Positions 47,096 to 57,748 of a stretch of DNA of 64,000 bases are shown here, in pieces. Both the position numbers and the translations under genes were made by a program. The stretch covers positions 22,717 to 86,716 of the forward strand of contig WARW01000019.1 in NCBI GenBank assembly GCA_013387215.1, read 5' to 3'. The notes under the pieces were generated by a model. That model did not search any database, was not told where the DNA came from, and saw only the letters and a list, made by a program, of their open reading frames with translations. This DNA comes from Patescibacteria group bacterium. Its GTDB lineage: Bacteria > Patescibacteriota > Microgenomatia > UBA12405. Each line of letters begins with the position of its first letter. The stretch's first letter is position 1.

Positions 47096-47998
47096 TTAGC
47101 ACTTCTCTTGATTACTTGTCAACACTTTCAACGTAAAGATAGGCAAAACAAGCTGTCGTTTAAATCTTTTTGGTTCTTTGATTAATGAATACAGCCATTC
47201 CATCCCTGCTTTTCGCCATATTTCAGGCGCTCTTTTAAGATCTCCGCTGTAATAATCAAAGCTTCTCCCCACTCCCATAACGATACCGATATTCAATTTA
47301 GCTAAATTATTTTCTATCCATTCCTCCTGCTTTTTCATTCCATAAGCCACAAATAAAAAATCTGGTTTCATCTTATTTATTTCTTCAATTATTTTAGAAT
47401 TTTCGAATTTAGGTTCGCCTTCAGAATACCCCGTTTTTAACTTCTTATTTTTAGTACTGTATTTTTCTTGAAAAAACTGGGCCGTTCTTTCGGCTCTATC
47501 ATTCCATCCTCCTAAAAAATATACTGATCCGTTTCTTTCAAAAGCCATCTTGCAAAATTCATCTACAAGATCACTTCCTGAAGCTAATTCATTTTTGAAC
47601 TCGCCGCCTAAAATCTTCAATCCAGTTGTTAATCCTACCGACAATCTTCTTAAAATTCCTCTTTCTTTAATCACTCTTCTTGCCCAAACCAAACCAATTC
47701 CATCGACCACATTTAGGTCGGTTTTCTTCAAAATCTTTAAAAAATTCTCATCAATTGTGGTCTTAACCACAAATTCTGGGTTCACGGTAGCAATCCATTT
47801 GTCTTTTTGTTTATTATCTAACCAATTCTCCACTATCCTTAGCACTCCCGCTCTGTCTCTGCCACATAACGGCGTTTCCCAAATTTCCCAGTTGTTTTCA
47901 TTCATTTCTTCTCTTTTCACTATCTTCATTTTAGCAAAAAAATGCAATTTAGCGCTTATCAAAAAATTTAGGTTCAAAAAAAACTTCTTTATGCTCAA
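47096..47998 (-). CDS. WecB/TagA/CpsF-family glycosyltransferase (start may be at internal MKIVKRE)
   Basis: …NPEFVV…DGIGLVWA…SVYFLGGWN…DFLFVAYGMKKQEEWI…IGIVMGVGRSFDYYSGDLKRAPEIW…EWLYSLIKEPKRFKR matches PF03808-type proteins. Confidence 0.75.
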   Translation of the reverse strand: MSIKKFFLNLNFLISAKLHFFAKMKIVKREEMNENNWEIWETPLCGRDRAGVLRIVENWLDNKQKDKWIATVNPEFVVKTTIDENFLKILKKTDLNVVDGIGLVWARRVIKERGILRRLSVGLTTGLKILGGEFKNELASGSDLVDEFCKMAFERNGSVYFLGGWNDRAERTAQFFQEKYSTKNKKLKTGYSEGEPKFENSKIIEEINKMKPDFLFVAYGMKKQEEWIENNLAKLNIGIVMGVGRSFDYYSGDLKRAPEIWRKAGMEWLYSLIKEPKRFKRQLVLPIFTLKVLTSNQEKC

Positions 47999-48600
47999 AA
48001 AAATTTACCAAAAAGCCAAAAAAAGGTCGCTAAAAAAATATTCCTCAAAAAAAATCTAAAAATATTTTCTAAATGTATCATAGTTACACATCAATAATAC
48101 TATATTTCTATACTTTTATAAGATAAAGTTTACAAATATATCACCCTTGGTTAACTCGATCACTATAAGTTAATTGAAATTGATATTAAAATTTCCATAT
48201 TTATTCATTTTGAACAAAATATTTACTCTGAAATAATACCTAAAATAGGGATAATAAATATAAATAATCAAAATTATATAAAATAATCTAATTACTGATA
48301 TATAAGATAAAAAATCAAAAAAATTAATCAAATATTTTGAAAATTATAACCTAAAATATTTCCCATTTTATAATCAAAAAATATAGTAAATAATCACAAA
48401 ATACATAGATTTTTTTTGAATCTCCCGCACCTCTCGCACTTCAGTTTAAAGCTAAAATCTACTTGTTCAGTCTGAAAATAATTTCTCAAAACACGTATAT
48501 TTATACATATTCAATACATCTAAATTAATGGTTTTTCTTTCTTTGTTTAAGATAGCTTAATATACCTATTGATACAGTAAACGATCTATAAAGATACGAT

Positions 48601-49605
48601 TTAACGTATTGCCCTTCGATATACTTCCAGGTTTTCAACTGCTATTCCAGTTCCTTTGATTACACAAAATTGTGGTTCCAATGCCACATGGGCTGACACC
48701 CCAATTTCTCGAGTTACTAAGGTGTTAAAGTTTTTTAATTGTGATGTTCCACCGCTTAAGACAATTCCCCTGTCAGCAATATCGGCCACTAATTCTGGCG
48801 GTGTAATTTCCAAAGTGTCTCTTATCGCCATTATGATCAAATCCAACATTGGCTTAATTGCTTCATAAACACTATCCGAATCGATACAAATATTTTTAGG
48901 TAGTCCATAAACCGAATCCCGGCCATTAATTTCAATTGTTTCCACCTTTTTAGGCTTAATTGCTGAACCCAATTGTATTTTAATATTTTCTGCTGTTTGT
49001 TCACCAATAACCAAATTATGCTTTTTCTTCAAAAAATCCATAATGGCACTGTCCAACTTATTTCCGCCAATCTTTACACTTTTATGAGTTACCACACCGC
49101 CCAATGAAATTACTGCTGCTTCGGCAGCGCCGCCGCCTATGTCTACAATCATATTTCCATATGATTCCGACACGGGAATTTTGGCTCCTATAGCAGCTGC
49201 TAATGGTTCATCGATAAGATAGGCTTTCTTAGCTCCGGCTGCCAAAGTGGCATCCAAAACCGCCCGTTGTTCCACCTGAGTCACCCCTGCTGGCACACAA
49301 ACCATAACTTCAGGACCAAAAAACCAATTAGTTCCCATTACCTGCCTCATAAAATAACGAAGCATGGCCTCTGTTACTTCATAATCAGCAATTACCCCAT
49401 CTTCCAAAGGTTTTATTACTTCTATATATTCTGGTGTTTTTCCTAACATTTTTTTTGCTTCATTTCCTACAGCCAATACTTTTCTATCTTCAATTCCGAC
49501 TGCTACTACTGTAGGTTCATTTAAAACAATCCCCGCGCCTGCTTCCCAGACTACAGAATTAGCTGTTCCTAAATCAATTGCTAACTTCTTAAATAATTTC
49601 ATCAT
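48601..49605 (-). CDS. mreB: rod-shape-determining actin homolog MreB
   Basis: LAIDLGTANSVV phosphate-1 motif. Actin-fold motifs throughout. Confidence 0.92.
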   Translation of the reverse strand: MMKLFKKLAIDLGTANSVVWEAGAGIVLNEPTVVAVGIEDRKVLAVGNEAKKMLGKTPEYIEVIKPLEDGVIADYEVTEAMLRYFMRQVMGTNWFFGPEVMVCVPAGVTQVEQRAVLDATLAAGAKKAYLIDEPLAAAIGAKIPVSESYGNMIVDIGGGAAEAAVISLGGVVTHKSVKIGGNKLDSAIMDFLKKKHNLVIGEQTAENIKIQLGSAIKPKKVETIEINGRDSVYGLPKNICIDSDSVYEAIKPMLDLIIMAIRDTLEITPPELVADIADRGIVLSGGTSQLKNFNTLVTREIGVSAHVALEPQFCVIKGTGIAVENLEVYRRAIR

Positions 49606-49653
49606 TTCATTTTAACAATAAACTTTTCACTTTTAACTAAGCTATAATATGTC

Positions 49654-50859
49654 ATGGCAAATCCTTCTGACAAAAAAAGTATCATCATCATAATCTTGGT
49701 ACTCCTTCTTATTGTAAGTTCCACTTATTTTATTTCCATGTTCGCCCGGGGATACCAGGTTAACTTCAATAAAGGACCAGGTCTCACAGCGACAGGTATC
49801 TTATCTGCTACCTCTAAACCCAAAGGTGCTTCTGTTTATATCAACGACCGCCTCGTTACTGCTACTGATGACACTATCAACTTAACTCCAGACACATATA
49901 CTATAAAAATAGTCATGGATGGATATTTACCATGGCAAAAAACCGTCTCTATCAAAAAAGAAGTTGTCTATCAAACCGACACTCAACTCTTCCGCTCTGT
50001 TCCTGATCTAAAACCAATAACTGTTACTGGTGCTGTTAATCCTACTGTTAATCCCGATATGACTCAGATTGCTTACTCTGTTGCCTCAGCTTCAGCTTCC
50101 AAAGATAATGGATTATATTTAATTCAGCTTACCGACAATCCAATTCTAATCAGCCGCAACACTCCTCGCCAGCTTAGTCCAAATCTTCCTGGAATTGATT
50201 GGGCAAAATTCACTTTTACTTTTTCTCCTGATTCTCGCCAGATCTTAGCCACCAATAAGACCTCCAATATCTCTTATCTTTTAACCCTAGATTCGGCTAT
50301 TTCTCAAAAAAATCTTTATGATGTCACCCCTCGTTTAGGCTTAATTCAAGAAGATTGGAATAATCAGAATCAACAATTAATTGCTAGTAAACTTGAAAGA
50401 CTTCCTAAGGCTTTAAGAACCATGGTTTCCACTGATTCTGCCAAAAATATCACCTTTTCTTCAGACGACAATCGTGTTCTATACCTGGCTAAAGCCGACA
50501 ATAATATTCCTCAAAATTTAATCACTCCTCCTCCAGCTCAAAGCACTCAAACTCAAAATCGTGATCTTAAAAAGGACAATTACTACGTTTATGACATTAA
50601 GGATGACACTAATTTCCTAATTGGTCCAAACACCAGTATTTCCAATCCATTTTGGCTTCCAAACTCCAACAGTATCGTTTTTGTTGAAGAAAACAACATT
50701 AAAGTGATTGAATACGATGGCACCAATAAACAATCTCTCTTCGCTGGTAGCTTTGATCCTAAAGTCGTCTATCCTTGGTCTGATGGCTCTAGAATAGTGA
50801 CTCTCACTTCTCCATACACAAGCGCTCCAGAGAACCTTTACGCCATTTCCATTAAATAA
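49654..50859 (+). CDS. membrane-anchored protein with PEGA-like domain and PD40/TolB-like β-propeller repeats
   Basis: N-terminal TM segment. …SKPKGASVYINDRLV…TPDTYTIKIVMDGYLPW… is PEGA-like. Downstream repeats resemble …FSPDSRQILA… and …FSSDDNRVLY…. Confidence 0.5.
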   Translation: MANPSDKKSIIIIILVLLLIVSSTYFISMFARGYQVNFNKGPGLTATGILSATSKPKGASVYINDRLVTATDDTINLTPDTYTIKIVMDGYLPWQKTVSIKKEVVYQTDTQLFRSVPDLKPITVTGAVNPTVNPDMTQIAYSVASASASKDNGLYLIQLTDNPILISRNTPRQLSPNLPGIDWAKFTFTFSPDSRQILATNKTSNISYLLTLDSAISQKNLYDVTPRLGLIQEDWNNQNQQLIASKLERLPKALRTMVSTDSAKNITFSSDDNRVLYLAKADNNIPQNLITPPPAQSTQTQNRDLKKDNYYVYDIKDDTNFLIGPNTSISNPFWLPNSNSIVFVEENNIKVIEYDGTNKQSLFAGSFDPKVVYPWSDGSRIVTLTSPYTSAPENLYAISIK

Positions 50860-50981
50860 AACGGTCATTATTATCCATCACAAATTTAACCATATTTTTT
50901 GTGATAAATTTTAACTGGAAAATATAGACACCAAAAACACTCTCAACATATTTCACTTCTTCGTCCCATCCGATAAATGTA

Positions 50982-51335
50982 TTACTCGCAGCGGCTGTTT
51001 ATTATCTTTTGAATCATTTGACTGTAATTCTCTTGTTCTGCTTTTGTGATTCCTGGACGGTTCATCAAAGACACTATTTTAGTCAAACCCTTGTCTACAT
51101 CTTTTTCAGACACACACTTAGCTTCCAAAGTATTATTTTGAGATTCAACTACTTGAACATCATTAACCTCGGGCAACTTTACAGTTCCTTCAGTTGACGC
51201 ACCTAAAACAGAAGATGTACTATAATCGAAATAACCTGACTCACCTAACTCGACAAATCTTAAAGGTATTAGAGCTACCATTGCCAAAACAAAACAGACA
51301 ATTAAAGTTCTACAGGTTCTATCATTGTTAGTCAT
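50982..51335 (-). CDS. small membrane-anchored hypothetical protein
   Basis: ORF with N-terminal TM helix. Confidence 0.4.
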   Translation of the reverse strand: MTNNDRTCRTLIVCFVLAMVALIPLRFVELGESGYFDYSTSSVLGASTEGTVKLPEVNDVQVVESQNNTLEAKCVSEKDVDKGLTKIVSLMNRPGITKAEQENYSQMIQKIINSRCE

Positions 51336-51693
51336 ACTACATTCAGTCTAAATATATTTTTAAAATAGTCAAGGACTATTTTAAAAAAAGAAAATATATT
51401 ATCCTATAAACAACACAATTTTTATAGAAAATTTTCAAAATTAAAACACCCAAGTCCAACTCTTATATTTGTAACCCAAAACCTCAAAAAATCTTTTTTC
51501 ATGTGTCCTAGCTTTAAACCAAGCCCTAGACAGCCATTATCACTAAACTAAATGTTCTGCTAATTGTCTTATTTCCAAAAAACCTCTAGGATATCAAACA
51601 TCATCTTTTAAACACTTTTAATTACAAAACCTACTTGTGTTAAACAGGCCTTTAGTAAATAGGTTATAATATTTAATATTCCTCAACGAATTT

Positions 51694-51770
51694 CGGGGAT
51701 TGGCGCAATTGGCTAGCGCGCAGCGTTCGGGACGCTGAGGCTGCTGGTTCGAATCCAGTATCCCCGACCA
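51694..51770 (+). tRNA. tRNA-Pro (anticodon CGG), CCA encoded
   Basis: Manually folded cloverleaf: acceptor CGGGGAT/ATCCCCG (C1:G72, typical of bacterial tRNA-Pro). Anticodon loop uuCGGga. T-loop TTCGAAT. Confidence 0.85.
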
Positions 51771-51855
51771 CATAAAAACTGGTATATTTATTCCATAAAT
51801 AAGACCGTAAAACAGGATAAATCGCACCAGAGGCTCTAGAACGCACAGAATGTTT

Positions 51856-51927
51856 GTCCTTATAGTTCAATGGATAGAACGGCTGCCTCCTAAGCGGCAA
51901 ATCCAGGTCCGATTCCTGGTAGGGACA
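51856..51927 (+). tRNA. tRNA-Arg (anticodon CCU), no encoded CCA
   Basis: Manually folded cloverleaf: acceptor GTCCTTA/TAGGGAC. Anticodon stem gctgc/gcggc with loop cuCCUaa. T-arm ccagg-tccgatt-cctgg. Confidence 0.85.
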
Positions 51928-52454
51928 CAAAATATTTATCATTCTCCGCATTTTTTATACCCACAATTTTTGTATTACCGCATCAATTTTACTGATTACC
52001 GCTTATTTACTGAATGAATTTTCTTTACTTTTTCATAATTTCCGCATACTTTTAAACCGCAACAATAGTCAAATAAAACACCTACCTATCTAGATCAAAT
52101 AAGCCTAAAAATAATCATATTTACCGCACCAGGCACACCATGTAACAATTTTTAATGCTCTTATTATTAAAAAAGGCTCTAAATTATATCGTTTGTGAAA
52201 GTATTTTCACCTTTTCACACAAGCCATTTAAAGTGTCTAAAATCTATATCAGACTTACTCAAAATTGCAATATTTTTGCTCATATTTATTACTGTCTTTT
52301 ACTATTTATCCACCGTAGCCTAGCTTGGTAAAATTTATTAAAAAGTCACAAGCAAGCGTTAAATATATTATTCAAAATGCATTAGCAGAAAAAATCTTCA
52401 GTGCTAAATGTTCTGATAATCGCTTGTTAGTATTTTTCGCTTCAAATTTTAGCT

Positions 52455-53699
52455 TTATCGGATCACGGACAGGCTCTTAATTTGCTCTTTTATAAAAATT
52501 TCTTTACTTAAATCTTTTAGTTCTTTTAACTCTGTTTTACTGTATCGATTAAGCTCTATTAAGATCGAATCGACTCTATTTTCTAATAAGAGTTTCTCGC
52601 CAACATAACCTGATATAAAATCAGTTCGATCCATTGCTAGCTGCGTCTTGCCCATCAAAAACTCTTTGGCTCTTTTCAATTCGTCTTCATTTAAAGTGTC
52701 TGCCAAATTTAGCATTTCTTGGATAGATAATTCTTTGGCCTCATCTAGTTTATCCAGCTTTACTCCCGACTGTACTCCTAAAAACCCGGCTTCCTTAAAA
52801 CTATCGGTAACTGGAAACACATAATAAGCCCAAGCTCTGTCTTCCCTTATCTTGTTATACAATCTGGATGAAGTGTTGCCGCTCAAAATTATATCTAAAA
52901 GTTTTAAAGCATACTTTCTTTTGTCATTCCAGGAGATTGCTGGCACTCCAACACAAAAATGACCTTGCTCAATTTCTTTTTTAATAGTCAAACTGCTATT
53001 AGGATTTAAACTTATCTTTACTGCTGGCAACTCTTGAGCATTAGGGTTAACAAAATCTTCAAAACAATCCCTTAAAACTTTTTCTGCCGACTCATCCACA
53101 TTACCGCTGGCTACTATTACAATTTCCTTGGGATTAAAATATTTTTTATGATAGTTAACTAGTTTTTCTCGATTTAATTTAATAATATCTTCTGTCTCTC
53201 CAGAAATGTTCCAGCAGCCGATTTTAGATTGACCATATAAAAATTTCACAAAATCACCCGACAATCCCATCATTGGATTGTCCTGATACATTCTTATCTC
53301 CTCAATTACTACTCCTCTTTCTTTTTCAACTTCTTCCTCAGGAAAGGTTGAATTTAAAAGGATATCGGAAATTACTTCCACTGCCCAAGGTATATTTTCT
53401 TTTATAGTCGTTATATAGTACGAAGTCATTTCGTGGCCCGTTCCCGCATTATATGTGGCACCTTTAGCATCAATCTCATTGTTTATGTCTTTAGCCGTTG
53501 GTCTTCTTTTGGTTCCTTTGAAAGCCATGTGCTCCAAAAAATGACTTAAACCATATTCTTCTTTGTTTTCATATTTGGAACCGATTTTTACAAATACTTC
53601 AATTGTGGCTGACTTCAAACCTGGAATCGGCACAATAGCACCCCGAATTCCGTTTTTTAAAGTAAAAGTATGGTATTTGTCCATCATTTTTTTTGACAA
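52455..53699 (-). CDS. M16-family zinc metallopeptidase (insulinase-like)
   Basis: Inverted zinc motif HFLEHMAFKGT (HxxEH) near the N-terminus. Two-domain length. Confidence 0.85.
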   Translation of the reverse strand: MSKKMMDKYHTFTLKNGIRGAIVPIPGLKSATIEVFVKIGSKYENKEEYGLSHFLEHMAFKGTKRRPTAKDINNEIDAKGATYNAGTGHEMTSYYITTIKENIPWAVEVISDILLNSTFPEEEVEKERGVVIEEIRMYQDNPMMGLSGDFVKFLYGQSKIGCWNISGETEDIIKLNREKLVNYHKKYFNPKEIVIVASGNVDESAEKVLRDCFEDFVNPNAQELPAVKISLNPNSSLTIKKEIEQGHFCVGVPAISWNDKRKYALKLLDIILSGNTSSRLYNKIREDRAWAYYVFPVTDSFKEAGFLGVQSGVKLDKLDEAKELSIQEMLNLADTLNEDELKRAKEFLMGKTQLAMDRTDFISGYVGEKLLLENRVDSILIELNRYSKTELKELKDLSKEIFIKEQIKSLSVIR

Positions 53700-53855
53700 T
53701 GTTTAATTTGATCTTTTCTTCCATCTTTCAATCAATCCGATGCCTCTTAGCAGTCACTTGCTTACTTTGCTTGATACACTTTGAATTATTCTCTTGAACT
53801 AATTAATATGACTATTACTAAATAGTTTATCAACTGAATCATTAATATTCAATCT

Positions 53856-54137
53856 ATGATTTGTTATCATAAAAACTATGCCAAATCCTCCCGCCAAGCC
53901 ACTTTTCTGCTTCTCGGTTTTGCCCTTTTAAGTTTCAGTTTTGAATATGACAAGCACATCATCAATGGACTCAGAGATCAAACCATGGGTTCTCTCATCA
54001 CCGGCCAGGCTCACTATACCGCCGCTCACTGGATAAATTTAATTATCGGCAGTCTCCTGCCAATCATTTTTTATATGACTGGCTGGATTCTAATTTTTAT
54101 TGCCATAATCTTAAACCACCCCAAAAAGCAACCTTAG
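53856..54137 (+). CDS. small hypothetical membrane protein
   Basis: Two hydrophobic segments. Weak coding evidence. Confidence 0.35.
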   Translation: MICYHKNYAKSSRQATFLLLGFALLSFSFEYDKHIINGLRDQTMGSLITGQAHYTAAHWINLIIGSLLPIIFYMTGWILIFIAIILNHPKKQP

Positions 54138-56659
54138 TCTCTTACTACTAAGTTCACCATTTTGCCTGGAACATAAATTTCTTTTACGATACTTTTACCG
54201 GATAACCAGCTTTTAATTTTTTCAGTTTCTTTGGCTGCACTGATTATTTCACTTTGATTGTTTTGGTTTTCAGACTCAATTTCAATTTCATCCCTTACTT
54301 TGCCATTAATGGCGATTGCCACCCTCATCTTATCTTCAACCAAGTACGTTTCGTCTGCCACAGGCCATTTAGCAATATGAACCGAAATTTCATCTTTATC
54401 GTTTTTGATCTTACTCCATTCTTCTTCAGTTGAATAAGGGGCAAAAGGAGCCAACATTTTAACTATATCTTTAAGATATTTCCCGCCAATATATGTCTCA
54501 CCTAAAGCATTTAGCTCGTTTAGTGCTTCCATCATTTTGGCGATAGCCGTATTGTATTTAAAATTATCGGTATCTTCAGTAACCTTTTTAATCAACTTAT
54601 TAATTATCACATCGACTTTTGCATTGCTAGCATTTTCATTATTAATTTGCTTACTTTGCTTGTCAAAATAATTCTGCAGCCTGTCCAAAAATCTTTTAAC
54701 TCCCATTAACGTATTTTCATTCCATGCCATAGTCGAATCGAATGGACCCATAAACATCAAATACATTCGCACGACATCAACTCCATACTTAGTGGACACA
54801 TCTTCTGGAACAATTACATTCCCTCTCGACTTGCTCATTCTTTGATTATCAGGACCCAAAATTACACCATGAGACAATCTTTTATAATAAGGCTCAGGAT
54901 TTTCTTTCGGCATTACTCCCAAATCATATAAAAATTTGTATATAAACCGAGAATAGAGCAAGTGAAGTGTATTATGTTCATCTCCACCCACATAAACATC
55001 AACCGGCATCCAATATTTCATCTTTTCTTGACTAGCTATTTCTGTATCATTATCTGGATCAATATATCTCAAAAAGTACCAATCACTGCCTGCCCAGTTT
55101 GGCATCGTGTCTGTTTCTCTTCGAGCCTTCTTTCCACAAACAGGACAAACTGTATCAACCCAGTTTGATATAGTTGATAAAGGACTTTCTCCATTATCTG
55201 TAGGTTCATATTGTTCCACTTCGGGTAATACTATGGGCAATTGATTCTCTGGCACTGGCTGCCATCCATGTTCTTCACAATAAATCATTGGAATTGGCTC
55301 ACCCCAATAATGTTGTCTTGAAAATATCCAATCACGTAAATGGTATGAAGATGTTTTTTCTCCAATGCCTTTTTCTTTAATCCAAGTAAGCATTTTTTCA
55401 AATGCTGCTGCTGGAGTCAGTCCATTGATTGGTTCAGAATTTATTATCTTGCCATTATCAACATCAGTGTATGGTGCTTTCTCAAAATCCCAACCGCCTT
55501 CTGGTTCGATTACTGGTACTATTTCTAGACCAAACTTTTTAGCAAAATCATAATCTCTTTCATCGTGTGCCGGCACCGACATAATTGCCCCAGTGCCATA
55601 GCTTGCCAAAACGAAATCTGAAATCCAGATTGGAATTTCTTTTCCGTTGACTGGATTAATGGCATATAAACCCGAGAACACTCCAGTCTTATCTTTAGCT
55701 AATTCTGTTCTTTCCATGTCTGATTTACTTCTGGCATTAACTACATATTTTTTTATTTCCTCATTATCCATTAATCTCGAAACTAACTCATGTTCTGGTG
55801 CAATCACCATAAATGTTGCCCCAAAAAGAGTGTCAGGTCTGGTGGTAAAAACTTCCAATTCATGATCTGACGAAGCGTCAATTTTTCGCCCGGAATCATC
55901 CGAAGACGAAGTCTGAGGGCGTGAGGACGATAAAATTGATGCTGAGTTAGGAGATAATTTAAATCTAATTTTGGCACCATCACTTTTGCCAATCCAATTG
56001 ATTTGAGCCTGTTTTACTTTTTCAATAAAATCAGTGTCTTTTAAACCCTCAATTAGTTTGTCGGCATATTCTGTAATTTTTACTACCCATTGAGAAATAG
56101 TTCTTCTTTCAACTTCCGACCCGCATCTTTCACAATGACCATTGACCACTTCTTCATTTGCCAAACCGATTTTGCAGGACGGACACCAGTTAATCGGCAT
56201 CTCTTGTTTGTATGCTAATCCTTTATTATAGAGCTGAATAAAAATCCATTGAGTCCACTTATAATATTTTGGATCTGTCGTGTTCACTTCTCTAGCCCAG
56301 TCAAAAGAAAAAGCTAATGCCTTCATTTGTCTTCTAAACATGTCGGTATTATCTTTAGTTACCTTTTGTGGTTTTTGTTTTGTTTTAATGGCGTAATTTT
56401 CTGTTGGCAATCCGAAAGCATCCCAGCCCATGGGAAACATCACATTAAAACCCTGCATTCTTTTCAATCTGGCATAAACATCAGCGCCAGTAAAACTAAA
56501 AGTATGACCAATGTGAAGTCCAGAACCTGATGGATAAGGGAATTCCACTAAAACATATTTTTTTGTCTTTGACTTATCATTGTCGATGGCATGATAAAGA
56601 TTTGGGTTTTCTTCCCAAAACTTCTGCCACTTTTTCTCAATATCAATAAAGTTTTCCAT
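54134..56659 (-). CDS. leuS: leucyl-tRNA synthetase
   Basis: HIGH motif (LHIGHTFSF), KMSKS (QRMSKSRGN), and zinc-binding CPSC/CERC. Start taken at MENFIDIEKKWQ (ATG 56659) rather than the longer ORF. Contains a Ser-rich low-complexity insert (SSSRPQTSSSDDSGRKIDASSD). Confidence 0.95.
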   Translation of the reverse strand: MENFIDIEKKWQKFWEENPNLYHAIDNDKSKTKKYVLVEFPYPSGSGLHIGHTFSFTGADVYARLKRMQGFNVMFPMGWDAFGLPTENYAIKTKQKPQKVTKDNTDMFRRQMKALAFSFDWAREVNTTDPKYYKWTQWIFIQLYNKGLAYKQEMPINWCPSCKIGLANEEVVNGHCERCGSEVERRTISQWVVKITEYADKLIEGLKDTDFIEKVKQAQINWIGKSDGAKIRFKLSPNSASILSSSRPQTSSSDDSGRKIDASSDHELEVFTTRPDTLFGATFMVIAPEHELVSRLMDNEEIKKYVVNARSKSDMERTELAKDKTGVFSGLYAINPVNGKEIPIWISDFVLASYGTGAIMSVPAHDERDYDFAKKFGLEIVPVIEPEGGWDFEKAPYTDVDNGKIINSEPINGLTPAAAFEKMLTWIKEKGIGEKTSSYHLRDWIFSRQHYWGEPIPMIYCEEHGWQPVPENQLPIVLPEVEQYEPTDNGESPLSTISNWVDTVCPVCGKKARRETDTMPNWAGSDWYFLRYIDPDNDTEIASQEKMKYWMPVDVYVGGDEHNTLHLLYSRFIYKFLYDLGVMPKENPEPYYKRLSHGVILGPDNQRMSKSRGNVIVPEDVSTKYGVDVVRMYLMFMGPFDSTMAWNENTLMGVKRFLDRLQNYFDKQSKQINNENASNAKVDVIINKLIKKVTEDTDNFKYNTAIAKMMEALNELNALGETYIGGKYLKDIVKMLAPFAPYSTEEEWSKIKNDKDEISVHIAKWPVADETYLVEDKMRVAIAINGKVRDEIEIESENQNNQSEIISAAKETEKIKSWLSGKSIVKEIYVPGKMVNLVVRD

Positions 56660-56716
56660 ATGAAAGTATTCTACTATATAAATAGTATTATCGATGATAT
56701 ATTTTACATACATCAT

Positions 56717-57748
56717 ATGTTATCTCTTACAAAGGAAACTCTGATCAAGTTCTCTATTGCTTGTTCAATTAGTTTAACCGTTGGTTTTGTTGTCGGTATT
56801 TTTACTCCCCTTTATTTTAATTCTCAAGACCACGCCATCGAAGTGGTTCATGAAGTCCGAAATCCTCAAAACTATAAATTTATCAACCCACTCTTGGAAT
56901 GCGACTCAGCCAATATTAGTAGAGACCGTAATTTATCCAATCTTCGGAGTCAGCTCAAATCATTTATTGATGAACAAGTAAAAAATAATGTGAATATAAG
57001 CTTCGGCTCTGTTTATTACCGTGATCTTAACAACGGTCCATGGTTAGGGGTTAACCAAGACGAACTCTTTTCCCCTGCCAGCTTAATTAAAGTTCCTTTA
57101 ATGATCGCCTACTACCAAATGGCTCAAGAAAACCCTTCCATCCTTCAAAAAAAGATTCTTAACACTCAAGTCTTTGACCCTAAAGACCAAAATATCCAAC
57201 CAGAGATTTATCTTGAAGCTAATAAGGAATATACGGTTGATGACTTGATCAACCGGATGATTGTTTATTCGGACAATCTAGCCTACAACCTACTCCTCAA
57301 CGATATTGACAATCAAAAAATTTACCAAGTATATAAAGATCTTGGTGTTGATATTTCTAAAGCCAACACTGATCCTAATGGCAATATCCTCACTGTTTCT
57401 CAATACGCTTCATTCTTCCGAATTCTTTTCAATTCTTCTTACCTTGATAAAGACATGTCTGAAAAGGCACTTAATCTCTTAAGTCAAGTTAAATATAATG
57501 AAGCTCTTCCAGCAGGCATCCCAGCCAACATCAAAGTATCCCACAAATTCGGAGAACGCCAATATAATCAAACTGGAGAAAAACAACTCCACGACTGCGG
57601 CATTGTTTATTTACCTAAAAAACCTTATTTGCTTTGCATTATGACCCGGGGTCATAATTTTGAAAAAGAAGCCAATTTTATTAAACAGATTTCCAATCTT
57701 GTTTACCAGGAAGTCAGTAAATCCGCAAACACCGCTAATCTAAATTAA
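56717..57748 (+). CDS. class A β-lactamase-like serine hydrolase, membrane-anchored
   Basis: Start taken at MLSLTKE (the upstream part of ORF 56591 overlaps leuS). TM helix, then SLIK (SxxK) and YSDNLAYNLLL (the SDN…NLLL motif of class A enzymes). Confidence 0.65.
   Translation: MLSLTKETLIKFSIACSISLTVGFVVGIFTPLYFNSQDHAIEVVHEVRNPQNYKFINPLLECDSANISRDRNLSNLRSQLKSFIDEQVKNNVNISFGSVYYRDLNNGPWLGVNQDELFSPASLIKVPLMIAYYQMAQENPSILQKKILNTQVFDPKDQNIQPEIYLEANKEYTVDDLINRMIVYSDNLAYNLLLNDIDNQKIYQVYKDLGVDISKANTDPNGNILTVSQYASFFRILFNSSYLDKDMSEKALNLLSQVKYNEALPAGIPANIKVSHKFGERQYNQTGEKQLHDCGIVYLPKKPYLLCIMTRGHNFEKEANFIKQISNLVYQEVSKSANTANLN

Noticed and set aside
47550-48059. 169-aa plus-strand ORF
   Set aside because: Antisense to the well-supported WecB/TagA-family gene. 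Low-complexity Ser/Phe composition.
51618-51951. Two minus-strand ORFs (69 and 92 aa) covering the tRNA region
   Set aside because: They overlap two well-folded tRNA genes on the opposite strand. Spurious.
51548-52423. 20-nt near-direct repeat (ctaaatgttctgNtaatNgNc) at 51548-51568 and 52404-52423 flanking the tRNA pair, considered as possible att sites of an integrated element
   Set aside because: Only a 12-nt exact core. By rough estimate, 12-mer matches are expected many times by chance in 64 kb of AT-rich DNA. No integrase/recombinase gene nearby. The observation is kept only as a weak note in the tRNA-flank finding.
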